A stretch of 64,000 bases of DNA from a virus. Its lineage: Duplodnaviria > Caudoviricetes. The notes under the pieces are model-generated. The model was given only the letters and a program-made list of their open reading frames with translations. It made no database searches and was not told where the DNA came from. Where the stretch lies: positions 12,145 to 76,144 of IMG/VR virus record IMGVR_UViG_3300048575_000392. One strand, 5' to 3'. How positions within the stretch are numbered: position 1 is the stretch's first letter; each line of letters opens with the position of its first letter. Positions 36,052 to 44,741 of the stretch are shown here, one piece after another. Position numbers and translations under genes: made by a program.

Positions 36052-36202
36052 CGCTCCTTGGACAGACATGCGGTCGCGCCCCTCGTGCGCTCCGCCCGCT
36101 GGCCGTGATTATCTCGATTTCCTCTTTCTCGACCATCATGGGCTCGCCCAAGGTCGTGACCCAACGGATCAGGGCGCCGCAGTGGGGGCACTTGGCGGTC
36201 AT
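36017..36202 (-). CDS. Small Zn-binding protein (CxxC...HxC), paralog of 35495..35671
   Basis: MTAKCPHCGALIRWV...SGRSARGARPHVC; ATGA-coupled. Confidence 0.55.
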   Translation of the reverse strand: MTAKCPHCGALIRWVTTLGEPMMVEKEEIEIITASGRSARGARPHVCPRSDDGSPGNQGSS

Positions 36203-36600
36203 GGCGCAACGGCACCCCCCGCCAAGCTCTCCCCCGCATCCATGGAGACGGCTCCGGGAATGAGCCCCTCGGCTGGCGCCTGTCCGGCCTCCAGGCTCGC
36301 CACGAGGCCGGCAATGTACTGGGCGACGACGTGCTGATGGGTCCCCGGCATGGCGTCGACTAGCCCGAGCGCTCGGAGGGATTTCTCGACCGCTCCCATG
36401 TCCTGAGCCTCCACGGGCGCCGCGGTGAGCGCGGGGGCCGTGCCGAGGAAGGCGCCAATCTCGCGATGAACGAGGGCGAGCGCCAAGATGAGGTCTCGGG
36501 GATACTTGGAATCGGTATCGATCTGGGCCTTCATGAGGCCCTCCACTTCGTTCTTGATGCTCTTCAGGGTCCAGTTCACCGATGCGCCGGCGTGCGACAT
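36199..36600 (-). CDS. Hypothetical protein
   Basis: 133 aa, GGAGG RBS. Confidence 0.5.
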   Translation of the reverse strand: MSHAGASVNWTLKSIKNEVEGLMKAQIDTDSKYPRDLILALALVHREIGAFLGTAPALTAAPVEAQDMGAVEKSLRALGLVDAMPGTHQHVVAQYIAGLVASLEAGQAPAEGLIPGAVSMDAGESLAGGAVAP

Positions 36601-36893
36601 GCGCCATCCTCCTTTTCTGATTCACCATAGACGAGATATTCGTGAGCGTATTGAAGGCGGGCCTCCAGGGCCCTCCTGGCGACGCCCTCCGTAACCATAT
36701 CGTAGAGTTCGGGAAACCCGAGGGTGACGGCGCAATGGCGTTCCGGCGCTGCGCGATTCTCGGGGATGGCGATGATGTCCGCGACGATCGCATTCAGGTG
36801 ACTCTCGTGCCGGAGCTGAACGATGTACTCGGGATGATCGAGAGTGAACTTCAGGATCACGCTGTCAATCTCGGGCATCATCGGGTTGTCCAT
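36576..36893 (-). CDS. Hypothetical protein
   Basis: 105 aa, GGAGG RBS; first gene after an AT-rich promoter region. Confidence 0.5.
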   Translation of the reverse strand: MDNPMMPEIDSVILKFTLDHPEYIVQLRHESHLNAIVADIIAIPENRAAPERHCAVTLGFPELYDMVTEGVARRALEARLQYAHEYLVYGESEKEDGACRTPAHR

Positions 36894-36923
36894 TTTCCCT
36901 CCATTTTTGCCTTCAAAAACTGC

Positions 36924-36938
36924 CTGATATTATATCAG
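36924..36938 (-). promoter_or_regulatory. Extended -10 promoter (TGaTATAAT) inside a perfect 15-bp palindrome
   Basis: CTGATAT-T-ATATCAG at 36924-36938; the minus strand reads TGATATAAT at 36937-36929. Confidence 0.6.
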
Positions 36939-36973
36939 AATAATGATTTACCCACAATCAATTCAACGTTCAA

Positions 36974-37264
36974 TTACGGATTCATCGCCTCTTTCGCGAG
37001 CCTCTCCCATTCCGCCGGCTCGATCTTCTCGAAGACCTCCTCCTTCGAGAACAAGATGAGCTTGTGCCCCTTCGGGCATGTGAGCTCGATGCGGCATATC
37101 TTGTCGATTCCCCAAAGCGCAGTCAGGATCGTCCTTCCATCCTCAAGCCGATTCAGCATCGTCAAGCGGCCGCATACCGGGCAGACATACCAGAGATCCC
37201 GCTGCTTCGAGAACCCCGGCTCCGTCTTCGGGGCTCGCCGAACCTCCAGCCCAAACAGTTTCAT
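36974..37264 (-). CDS. Small Zn-ribbon protein
   Basis: CPVC and CPKGH motifs. Confidence 0.5.
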   Translation of the reverse strand: MKLFGLEVRRAPKTEPGFSKQRDLWYVCPVCGRLTMLNRLEDGRTILTALWGIDKICRIELTCPKGHKLILFSKEEVFEKIEPAEWERLAKEAMNP

Positions 37265-37587
37265 CCTCGCCCTCCCTTCGCAATCCAGGCTCGCACATCA
37301 CAGAGGTCGAGTACCGGGATACCCATCCCCCGCGCGAACTCCGCCTCCACCCGCGCCCCGCGGCTGGCCATCGAGCCAGGCAGCGAGACGAGAGCGTCGG
37401 CTCCGCGAAGCGCCCGCAGGTCGATGAGCATCCAGTCCGCCCAGTTCCAGCCGTCCTCCCCGGCGAAGGTTGAGGGGTCGATGATCTCGACTTCATCCCC
37501 GAGGTGTCCGAGATACCCCGCGGCCTGGGAGAACTTCTCCTTGTAGTCCGGCACGCCCGTGATGGGTCCTGAGATGTAGAGCTTCAT
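37261..37587 (-). CDS. DUF4406 (nucleoside deoxyribosyltransferase-like) protein
   Basis: LYISGPITG, and SRGARVEAEFA near the C-terminus. Confidence 0.7.
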   Translation of the reverse strand: MKLYISGPITGVPDYKEKFSQAAGYLGHLGDEVEIIDPSTFAGEDGWNWADWMLIDLRALRGADALVSLPGSMASRGARVEAEFARGMGIPVLDLCDVRAWIAKGGRG

Positions 37588-38234
37588 GGCCGCGCCTCGT
37601 CGAAGAGCTGGGCCTCCGGCTCGTGCTCAAGACGCCAGCCGTCCCGGCGGATCACGTCCGCGTCGTTGTCGAGCCATCGAATGACAGGCGCGCTCCTCGT
37701 TGGCGCGTCTCGGTGCTCCCAGACATACCATGCCCACGTGATCATGCCCGTGTGGTACTTCCCGTCCGCCCGTACCCCGTCCTCGAGCATAGCCCGGCGG
37801 ACGAAGACGTTGAACGAGACGAGCGGCCACTCGTCTACCACGTCGAAGACCTCCCGGAAGCGGGCCGACCCGTGGAGGTAGTCAATCGGCAGGAGAAGAG
37901 CGAACCGGCGACGCGCGACAGCCTTGCACTTCTTAATGAAGTCCAGGGCGAGGGAGAAGGGCGGATTCGTGATGATCGTCTCCGCCTTCCGGTCCTCGAG
38001 AAGGAAGTCGATTCCGTCCTTGATGTCGTAAGCCATGATCCGAGCGCCGGGGTAGCGCCGCTCGAGCACCTGCACGATCGCCCCTCCGCCGCAAGCCGGC
38101 TCCATGACCGGGAAATCGGCCGCCTCCAGGGGCATGAGCTCAAGGAGCCGCTCTGTCATCGAGAGGGGCGTCTGGTAGAAGTCGTTGGCCTTCCTCTGGC
38201 CCAAGTTGTTACGCGAGAAGTTTTTTCGTCCCAT
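37584..38234 (-). CDS. Amino-DNA methyltransferase (probably N6-adenine)
   Basis: DFYQTP, MEPACGGG and ITNPPF motifs. Confidence 0.8.
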   Translation of the reverse strand: MGRKNFSRNNLGQRKANDFYQTPLSMTERLLELMPLEAADFPVMEPACGGGAIVQVLERRYPGARIMAYDIKDGIDFLLEDRKAETIITNPPFSLALDFIKKCKAVARRRFALLLPIDYLHGSARFREVFDVVDEWPLVSFNVFVRRAMLEDGVRADGKYHTGMITWAWYVWEHRDAPTRSAPVIRWLDNDADVIRRDGWRLEHEPEAQLFDEARP

Positions 38235-38237
38235 GCC

Positions 38238-38489
38238 TTACTTCCCCGCCTTCCCAATCTCCCGGAGGCCTCGGAGGATGCTTTTCGCGTTCGCTACTAC
38301 ATGCGTGTCGATCCGTACCTTTGTCGTTTCGAGACCAGGCCCCGAGCAGCCTATTTCCACGGGGCCGACTTTCCCAAGGTTTATGATCGCCTGGATCGCC
38401 TTCTTCGCCTCAGGAACCTGGAGCCCCGTCTTCTGGATATAGTCCAGGGCCCTTATCCTATCCATTCTCAAATCGTTCTTTTCGTTCAT
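38238..38489 (-). CDS. Hypothetical protein
   Basis: Start re-called at MNEKND; ATGA-coupled; GAGGA RBS. Confidence 0.45.
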   Translation of the reverse strand: MNEKNDLRMDRIRALDYIQKTGLQVPEAKKAIQAIINLGKVGPVEIGCSGPGLETTKVRIDTHVVANAKSILRGLREIGKAGK

Positions 38490-38743
38490 ATCTTCCTCGT
38501 TCCTATGGTGGCGCGCGCCCATGCGTCGCAGATCCCAAGAGGGGAAATGAAACCGGTGGACCACCTCCTATGTGGATTCGCCTTCGAGCATTCGTCGGCG
38601 TCTTCGATTGATATCCCAGCCCTGTAGCCTTCACAATTCGCGCAGCACGGGCTCTCGGATATCCGGTAATGATGCCTTTTGAGGTACCGCTCGGCCTGGC
38701 GCTCAGTTCTCATGAGGTCATCGTACTCGGGATCGTCGCTCAT
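38486..38743 (-). CDS. Small Cys-rich protein
   Basis: CCANC...C...CDAW pattern. Confidence 0.5.
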   Translation of the reverse strand: MSDDPEYDDLMRTERQAERYLKRHHYRISESPCCANCEGYRAGISIEDADECSKANPHRRWSTGFISPLGICDAWARATIGTRKI

Positions 38744-39300
38744 GATTCCTCCCCGGACAGCGCCTCTTCAGTGCTCGCATCGATGCTCACGCTCGCCCGT
38801 AGCCCGTCGGACAGGCTCTTCGTATAGGCCCGGATCGCGATATGCGGGCCGTCCTTCACCTCCAGGCGCCTCATAACCGACAGGAGGAGCGCTATCTCAG
38901 CGTCTCGACGGCAGGGGAATTCTCCGGAGACCCTCGTCGCCGTCACGCGGCCCGTGTCTCCGACTTCTAGAAGCCCCCAGCCCGCGGGCAGTCGATCGGC
39001 CGGAAGGAGCCCCGCGGGGGCGAGGAAGAAGCGGAGGACTCCAATGCCGTCCTCGGGGATCTGACGGAATGGCTTCGCGGCGTCGGCTCGGAAGTCCGAG
39101 ATGGAGGTCTTACACTCGATAAGGATGGACCGCCCCTTCGAGACATCCCAGCCAAGCACATCGGGAATCTCCCCGGTGTAGTTCCACGTGTTCAGCTCCG
39201 TGAGGACCACGGCGCAAGCGGAATGCCCCTCGCGAGCCGCGTTCCGCCACGGCCGGAGGAGCCAGCGGCGACCAACCTCGACGAGCTCATCATGCGTCAC
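38740..39300 (-). CDS. MmcB-like PD-(D/E)xK nuclease
   Basis: GTG start; PDVLGW...IECKTSISDFRAD motif. Confidence 0.65.
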   Translation of the reverse strand: MTHDELVEVGRRWLLRPWRNAAREGHSACAVVLTELNTWNYTGEIPDVLGWDVSKGRSILIECKTSISDFRADAAKPFRQIPEDGIGVLRFFLAPAGLLPADRLPAGWGLLEVGDTGRVTATRVSGEFPCRRDAEIALLLSVMRRLEVKDGPHIAIRAYTKSLSDGLRASVSIDASTEEALSGEES

Positions 39301-39781
39301 GGCCAACCATCTCCCGGAGCTTCGCGAGCGTCGCCAGGAGGTCCTTGTCGTTGTCCTGGACGGCCTGCTTCTCGTAGAGCTCAAGCTTAACTATGGCCTC
39401 GCCGATCGCCTCCTTTGCAGACTGGAGGGCGGCCGGATACCCTTCCCCATGAGCGCGATACTCCATGCACGCACGGCCGAGGGCCCGGAAGGTGTCGCTG
39501 TAGCCGCCCGGCGCTGCTCCCCCGTCGATGTTCAGAAGCTGAATTCCGTCGTTCACGGCCGCATGGACGCCGTGGAAAAGGAAGCAGAGCGCATGGTGCT
39601 CGCAGGTGAAGCAGGAGCGTTCCGCCTCGCCCTTCATCGTCTCGGCCAGGGCCTTCACCCCAATGTAGCCGACGTTCATCGCGAGCGGATGGTCATTTTC
39701 GTCCCGGAAATCCGACTTCTCGACCTGCTCGACGAGGAGCCCCATCGCCGCCTTGATCGCTTCATGTGTCGTTTCTTTCAT
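39290..39781 (-). CDS. Hypothetical protein
   Basis: Start re-called at MKETTHE; CFTCEH motif. Confidence 0.45.
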   Translation of the reverse strand: MKETTHEAIKAAMGLLVEQVEKSDFRDENDHPLAMNVGYIGVKALAETMKGEAERSCFTCEHHALCFLFHGVHAAVNDGIQLLNIDGGAAPGGYSDTFRALGRACMEYRAHGEGYPAALQSAKEAIGEAIVKLELYEKQAVQDNDKDLLATLAKLREMVGRDA

Positions 39782-39795
39782 GATTTTCCCACTCC

Positions 39796-40083
39796 CTACC
39801 GGTACATCATGTCGCTGGGGCTGCGAAGCTCCCGAACCAGCTGCTGAAATCGCACACCGTCCGGCTTGTTCTCGGTCCATTGCCACTGCCACTCGTACCA
39901 CCTATCTCCGTCCAGGTGCATGATCATCGTGCGGGTGAACTTCGTAGTTTTAAGGTCGAGCCCATGAACTGCCTTGAGATGCTCCAGCATCTCTTTGTGC
40001 TCAAACTCAGGGAGATCGGCGCACGATTGGCAGATGCAGATATTGCAGGGCTTCGTTTTTCCGCTCTCGTCTCTCTTGCTCAT
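39796..40083 (-). CDS. Small Zn-finger protein
   Basis: CQSC...HLKAVH motif. Confidence 0.5.
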   Translation of the reverse strand: MSKRDESGKTKPCNICICQSCADLPEFEHKEMLEHLKAVHGLDLKTTKFTRTMIMHLDGDRWYEWQWQWTENKPDGVRFQQLVRELRSPSDMMYR

Positions 40084-40751
40084 ACGCTCTCCTTTCCTTC
40101 ACTTGGCATGTTGGGCGGTTCAGGAGCAGGCATCCAGAACGAGGCCCTTGTCCCGCGACTCGGGAAAGAGAACTCGTGGTCTATCCAGCCATCGCTGAAC
40201 TGGTACCGATGGTAGTGGCCCTTCTGCACCGATCCCGCGTAGTCTTCGTCTCCAGCCTCGACGACGAATATGACTTCTTGCCCGTTCTCGGGGTATCGAT
40301 CTTTCACGCTTATCCAGCCGCCCATGCCAGGAAGCGCAAGCAGGATTCGCATCTCGCCTACAACCGCCTCGGCCGAACCGCCGGCGCGGACCAGATCATC
40401 GAGGGCCCGAGTTAACCGGTCGAACCTTCCATCCAGCGCGGGGGCGGGCACGACCTGGCCCGAGGCGCTGATCGCGCATCCGCTCAGGTCAGTCTTTCCC
40501 TCCCGATCAGCACGAGCACGTTCCTGAAAAAAGGTCGCATAGGCCGTCTGCTTCAGGTCGAAGTTGGCAAGTCCCCTCTCCCCAGCCTCGGCCACGGCAG
40601 CCATGAGCGATTGCCTTGCTCCCTTGTCGCGCGTGTAGACCCGCGCGTGCCATTCCTCGGCGGCATTGATGCATCGGCTCACGACCTCCATGCGAAGGTC
40701 GCTTATCGCCAGCATGAGGCCCAGGGCTTCGACGCTTTCATCGCTTTTCAT
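40080..40751 (-). CDS. Hypothetical protein with C-terminal DUF551-like domain
   Basis: WISVKDRYPE...FWMPAPEPP. Confidence 0.6.
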   Translation of the reverse strand: MKSDESVEALGLMLAISDLRMEVVSRCINAAEEWHARVYTRDKGARQSLMAAVAEAGERGLANFDLKQTAYATFFQERARADREGKTDLSGCAISASGQVVPAPALDGRFDRLTRALDDLVRAGGSAEAVVGEMRILLALPGMGGWISVKDRYPENGQEVIFVVEAGDEDYAGSVQKGHYHRYQFSDGWIDHEFSFPSRGTRASFWMPAPEPPNMPSEGKESV

Positions 40752-41332
40752 GCCTCTATCCTCCTAATCCCGAGAACCCATACCCAGGGATTCGTGCCCC
40801 ATCCGAAGCCGCGGTCTGAATTGATCGAGTCCCAGAGCTTCCGGAACCGCTCACGGCAATAACCTGGAATGCTCGCGTTCGTCCTATCGACACCCTCACG
40901 CTCCGCGTCCGCGTCGGTGATATCCTGCACCTGTTCTACGCGCTCCTCCTCGATTTCGAGGAGGATTCGCGACAGCTTGCGCGGCATGTAAATCGAGGGG
41001 CGCCAGGACCACGCGAAATCCCCCGGCCCCATTCCGTCGAACATCGGGTCGGCTCGGTATATCGGCTCCCCTTCCTTGGTGGTGACGAACGTCTCGCGAA
41101 CCCAAAGCCGACCACCGACTCGGCCGTATGGGCAGTGTTCCAGGATATCGGACCTGTCGGGGTAGAAGCGGAGCGCGTACAACCCGCCGCGCCACGAGTA
41201 GGAAGTCCTTCGCCCGTCGTCGCCGAGCGGCTTCGGTTGGGGCGTTATGACCCGCCTAGTCATCGTCTTCCGACCTTCTTGTATCTCCCGGATCATGCTT
41301 CCACAGAACAGGATGGGATGTTCTAGCTTCAT
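40748..41332 (-). CDS. ASCH/PUA-like phage protein
   Basis: PILFCGSMI..IQEGRKTMTRR, CPYG, LWVRETF and WRPSIYMPR motifs. Confidence 0.65.
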   Translation of the reverse strand: MKLEHPILFCGSMIREIQEGRKTMTRRVITPQPKPLGDDGRRTSYSWRGGLYALRFYPDRSDILEHCPYGRVGGRLWVRETFVTTKEGEPIYRADPMFDGMGPGDFAWSWRPSIYMPRKLSRILLEIEEERVEQVQDITDADAEREGVDRTNASIPGYCRERFRKLWDSINSDRGFGWGTNPWVWVLGIRRIEA

Positions 41333-41889
41333 TCTACGCGCCCTCCGCACCCGCCGTGCCGCTCGTCGTGCGTCTCCTCGAAGGTGACTTCCTCCGCGGG
41401 GACCTCCTTATCGCAGGTGGGGCAGTACCACGTCCGCCGCGGCGCCTTCGGAATCTCCCGCCAGAAGAGCACGTCGAGGCTGTCGCCGAAGCCATTCCGC
41501 CAAGAAAAGCCGTTGAAGGCCGCCGTGCCCGGCATGGCCCAGCCCTGGGCGAGCGCGAGATAGACGGCCGCCACGTCCTCCGTGGGCGGGTCTTTCTTGG
41601 CGTCCTTCCAGCCGAAGAGCGCGTGCGCCTCCTTGAGGATCTGCGCGACATCGGCGCGAGCGTCCTGATACCCATCAGCCCACTCGTCCTCGTCGTCGTC
41701 CGACAAGCGCTCGCCGTGGAGCCACGAGTAGAAGCACCCGAACTCAACCTTGAGCGCCTCGAGCTTCGACGCAACGGCAGCCAGAGCCCACTCCGTCGTC
41801 TCGGGATCGGGCACGAACCCCTCCGAGCCGATCTTCTTGGCGTACTCGAGCGCCTCCCAGTAACGCATGATCCCCTTCGCCTCAGCCAT
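41329..41889 (-). CDS. Hypothetical protein with C-terminal Zn ribbon
   Basis: CPTC...GGCG motif; start re-called at MAEAKG. Confidence 0.45.
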   Translation of the reverse strand: MAEAKGIMRYWEALEYAKKIGSEGFVPDPETTEWALAAVASKLEALKVEFGCFYSWLHGERLSDDDEDEWADGYQDARADVAQILKEAHALFGWKDAKKDPPTEDVAAVYLALAQGWAMPGTAAFNGFSWRNGFGDSLDVLFWREIPKAPRRTWYCPTCDKEVPAEEVTFEETHDERHGGCGGRVE

Positions 41890-42022
41890 GGTAGGCCCCC
41901 AATCGATGCTTGATGTACCCCGGCCCAAGAAGGGGCGGGTTGACCGGCCGCTGTGGGGCCGGGACGTTCTTCTGCTTATTTCCGGCCTTCTCCGGGTTGA
42001 TCTTCGGTGATTCCTTTTCCAT
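41882..42022 (-). CDS. Small hypothetical protein
   Basis: MEKESPKINPEK; fills the gap between neighbouring genes. Confidence 0.3.
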   Translation of the reverse strand: MEKESPKINPEKAGNKQKNVPAPQRPVNPPLLGPGYIKHRLGAYHG

Positions 42023-42038
42023 CTTCACGCTTCCATTC

Positions 42039-42428
42039 TCAAACGATAGGCTCGGGGAGCACCCCGGCCGGATATACGAAAAGCCAGTAGACGTTGACGA
42101 GATCGACGAGTTTCGACTCCTGCGGGAAGTACTGGACCGCAACGGCTTCTTCCCCGAACACCTCGTTCTTGATTCGCTGAAGGTCCTTCCAGAACACGTC
42201 ACGGCCGGTGTTGTGCGCCGAGATGTAGGCCTGGATCACGGGCCCCTTCGTCGACCGGGCGGCGTCGTTCACCATGACTGTATAGCGGTTGTTCTGGTAA
42301 ACCCGCGTCGCAAAGGCCGGCCAGGGCACGCCCTTCTCCCCACGGACGATCGCCCGCATGGGCTCCCAGCCTGACTTCGCCATGCTCCGCGCGATTGCCT
42401 TTCGGACGGCCTTGTCGCGCGCCATCAT
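42039..42428 (-). CDS. Conserved phage hypothetical protein
   Basis: WKDLQRIKNEVFGEEAVAVQYFP motif; GGAGG RBS. Confidence 0.6.
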   Translation of the reverse strand: MMARDKAVRKAIARSMAKSGWEPMRAIVRGEKGVPWPAFATRVYQNNRYTVMVNDAARSTKGPVIQAYISAHNTGRDVFWKDLQRIKNEVFGEEAVAVQYFPQESKLVDLVNVYWLFVYPAGVLPEPIV

Positions 42429-42556
42429 CGGCCTCCCTTCCATCCCAGGATGACAGACGCCGCAATCATAGCTAACGAGACGACCAGGAGGAGCACACCC
42501 AGGGTCACGCTGATCTCGGTCCCTCCAACCCGAAACCGAAGCCAGATATTCGCCAT
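42425..42556 (-). CDS. Small single-pass membrane protein
   Basis: 43 aa with hydrophobic stretch VTLGVLLLVVSLAMIAASVILG. Confidence 0.5.
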   Translation of the reverse strand: MANIWLRFRVGGTEISVTLGVLLLVVSLAMIAASVILGWKGGR

Positions 42557-42891
42557 TACCGCCCTCCCGCCGCTGCAAGGCGGTCGATCCGCTCCACGAG
42601 TTGGGCAACGCAGGCTCCTAGCTGAACAGCTTCCTCTCGGACGGCCGCAAGATCGTCGGATGCGAACGTCTCCCAGAATTCCTCGGCGCAGATGTCGAAG
42701 TAGGTCAGGGCTCCGGCGGCCACATGCTTCCGGCAGCGCTCCTTGGCCTGCATCTCGTGGGCGCAGAAGCTTCGGGCGTTCCCAATGGGATGATTCTGCT
42801 CTCCCCAAAGCTCATTCTGACGCGCCCGCTCCGCGCAGAATTCTTCAAGGACTGCCCTCGTTCTTTTTTCGTCGAATGTTGCCTTCTCCAT
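42556..42891 (-). CDS. MazG-like nucleotide pyrophosphohydrolase
   Basis: ERARQNELWGEQ...EEFWE...REEAVQLGA pattern. Confidence 0.55.
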   Translation of the reverse strand: MEKATFDEKRTRAVLEEFCAERARQNELWGEQNHPIGNARSFCAHEMQAKERCRKHVAAGALTYFDICAEEFWETFASDDLAAVREEAVQLGACVAQLVERIDRLAAAGGR

Positions 42892-42900
42892 GGTTGCCTC

Positions 42901-43371
42901 TCAGAACGGGATGTCGTCGGTAAATTGCTGATCCACGTTGTCCGGAGCGTCGGGTACATGCCCCTCGCCGCCGGCGGAGCCCTGCCGCTGCGCCTGCCCC
43001 GAGGAGGGCCTCGGCGATCCTCCGGCGGCTCCTTCCTGTCGCTCTCCCCCGCCGAGGAGCTGCACGCTCGCCGCGTTGACTTCGACCTTCGATCGAGCCT
43101 TTCCGTCCTGTTCCCAGCGGTCCTGCTCGAGCTCCCCCTGGATGGCGACTTGCTTCCCCTTCTTGAGGTACTGGTTTAGCGTTTCGCCCTGCTTGCCCCA
43201 GAGCACGATATCGAAGAACCGGGCCACGTCGGTCCATCCATCACCGGACTTCTTCCGCTTATTGTTCGCGATCGAGAACCGGCACACGGCCATTCCCGAG
43301 TTGGTATACTTGAGCTCCGCGTCGCGGGTCAGTCGCCCGACGAGCACTACGATGTTCGTGTCGTTTGCCAT
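42901..43371 (-). CDS. ssb: Single-stranded DNA-binding protein
   Basis: VVLVGRLTRDAELKYT N-terminus; acidic DDIPF C-terminus. Confidence 0.92.
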   Translation of the reverse strand: MANDTNIVVLVGRLTRDAELKYTNSGMAVCRFSIANNKRKKSGDGWTDVARFFDIVLWGKQGETLNQYLKKGKQVAIQGELEQDRWEQDGKARSKVEVNAASVQLLGGGERQEGAAGGSPRPSSGQAQRQGSAGGEGHVPDAPDNVDQQFTDDIPF

Positions 43372-43733
43372 TTCCCTTTCCTCAGCTTGTCCAAAAAATC
43401 TGAAAGTATACTCACGCCGGCGGAGCGCTCCTCATCGGAGATTGGAGCCTCGGGCAGCGCCTTCGGCTGCGGCCGGTACCCGATCATGAGCCTATCTCCG
43501 CCCACCTTGTTCTTGAGCTCCTCGTTGATGTCCTGGACGGCCTTGTCGATGATCGCGATGTCGGGCGCGAACCGAAACTGGCCGGAGTAGGTCAGCGTGA
43601 GCCGGTCGAATATCTTCGAGAGCTCCTCCTCGTTGTAGTCCTTGATGTACGTTTGAACGAGCGCACGGCGGAGGGGCAGCTCGTACCTCCCGTAGTACCC
43701 CTCGACGTTGCGGATGAACTCGTCGCAATTCAT
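43347..43733 (-). CDS. Replication accessory protein (helicase loader/inhibitor-like)
   Basis: 128 aa directly after the initiator; PDIAII motif. Confidence 0.45.
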   Translation of the reverse strand: MNCDEFIRNVEGYYGRYELPLRRALVQTYIKDYNEEELSKIFDRLTLTYSGQFRFAPDIAIIDKAVQDINEELKNKVGGDRLMIGYRPQPKALPEAPISDEERSAGVSILSDFLDKLRKGKWQTTRTS

Positions 43734-44695
43734 TTCCGAGACGCCCCAATAGCCGAAATAGCGGCTGCTACCGTGGACTCGTCTAGCCCTTCGACCTTTC
43801 CCTCGGCCTTCTCAAGTTCCTTCTTGACCCGAGGCCAGATGCCGCCCGAGGCCAGAACCGAGGGAATGAAGGGCTGTCCGGACCAATACCGGTCCTGCGA
43901 CTCGGTGAGGTTCTTGAAAACGACGAGCATCCGGCGGATGAATTCCTTCGGGTCGGTGGGGGAGTCCCGCGCAGCGAAGCTCACGATCCGCTTGATCGCG
44001 GGGCCCTCGCGCCGGTAGTCCGCGAACGGACCGCCAACGCCCTCGAATGAGTCCTGGATGAGATGGTAGAGCTCCTTCTCGCCCTCGCTCATTTCGGCCT
44101 TGTCTTTTCCCTTATGGCGCGGGAGCGCCGCCGAAGGCGTGGCCGGGGTTGCCCCTATTATTATTCTCTTCTCTTCCTTTCCTTTCTCTTCTCTTCCTTT
44201 CCTTTCAGGATGAGGCCTCAGTGAGTCCTCAGTGAATAGTTCAGGCTCATTCACTGTATGTTCATTGAATGGATAGTCGGGGACATGCTTCTCTCGCGTC
44301 CCGTCGCCCTTCTTTTCGTAGGTGGTGAAGGTCTGGCGCCAGGCCTCGATGTAGTCGGGGAACCGCTCCACGATCTTCCGCGGCGGCCGCACGAGCTTGG
44401 TCTTCGAGGGGCGGTTGAGAACCTGATGCTTGTACCACGACGGGATGAAGCCGTAGCTTCCGTATAGGATCACCATCCCCTGGGCCACGACCTCCCCAAA
44501 GGCCGCTTGGATCTTCTCGGGGGAGAGCTCGCGCCGGGCGAACTCGTAGAACCAGCCCTCCGCGTCGGGCTCGATGATGCCTTCGTCGTCGGCCATGGTG
44601 ATGCAGCCGATCCAGACGATGAAAGCTGCATCGCTAATCCGGACAACCTTTTTATCTCGCCAAATCTCCGGGGAGATCATTCGTTTTCTAGCCAT
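43730..44695 (-). CDS. Phage replication initiator
   Basis: MARKRMISPEIWRD...ADDEG N-terminus; internal repeats and EEKGKEEKR tract. Confidence 0.75.
   Translation of the reverse strand: MARKRMISPEIWRDKKVVRISDAAFIVWIGCITMADDEGIIEPDAEGWFYEFARRELSPEKIQAAFGEVVAQGMVILYGSYGFIPSWYKHQVLNRPSKTKLVRPPRKIVERFPDYIEAWRQTFTTYEKKGDGTREKHVPDYPFNEHTVNEPELFTEDSLRPHPERKGREEKGKEEKRIIIGATPATPSAALPRHKGKDKAEMSEGEKELYHLIQDSFEGVGGPFADYRREGPAIKRIVSFAARDSPTDPKEFIRRMLVVFKNLTESQDRYWSGQPFIPSVLASGGIWPRVKKELEKAEGKVEGLDESTVAAAISAIGASRK
44129..44272. repeat. Putative origin: hairpin, polypyrimidine tract and TCA(C/G)TGA iterons at about 11-bp period inside the initiator gene
   Basis: CGCC-GAA-GGCG at 44129; CTT tract 44164-44206; TCAGTGAGTCC TCAGTGAATAG ... 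TCACTGTATGT TCATTGAATGG. Confidence 0.6.
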
Positions 44696-44741
44696 GATGC
44701 CTTTCCTTCTACTTCTATCCGAACGTTCGGATGGAACCCAA

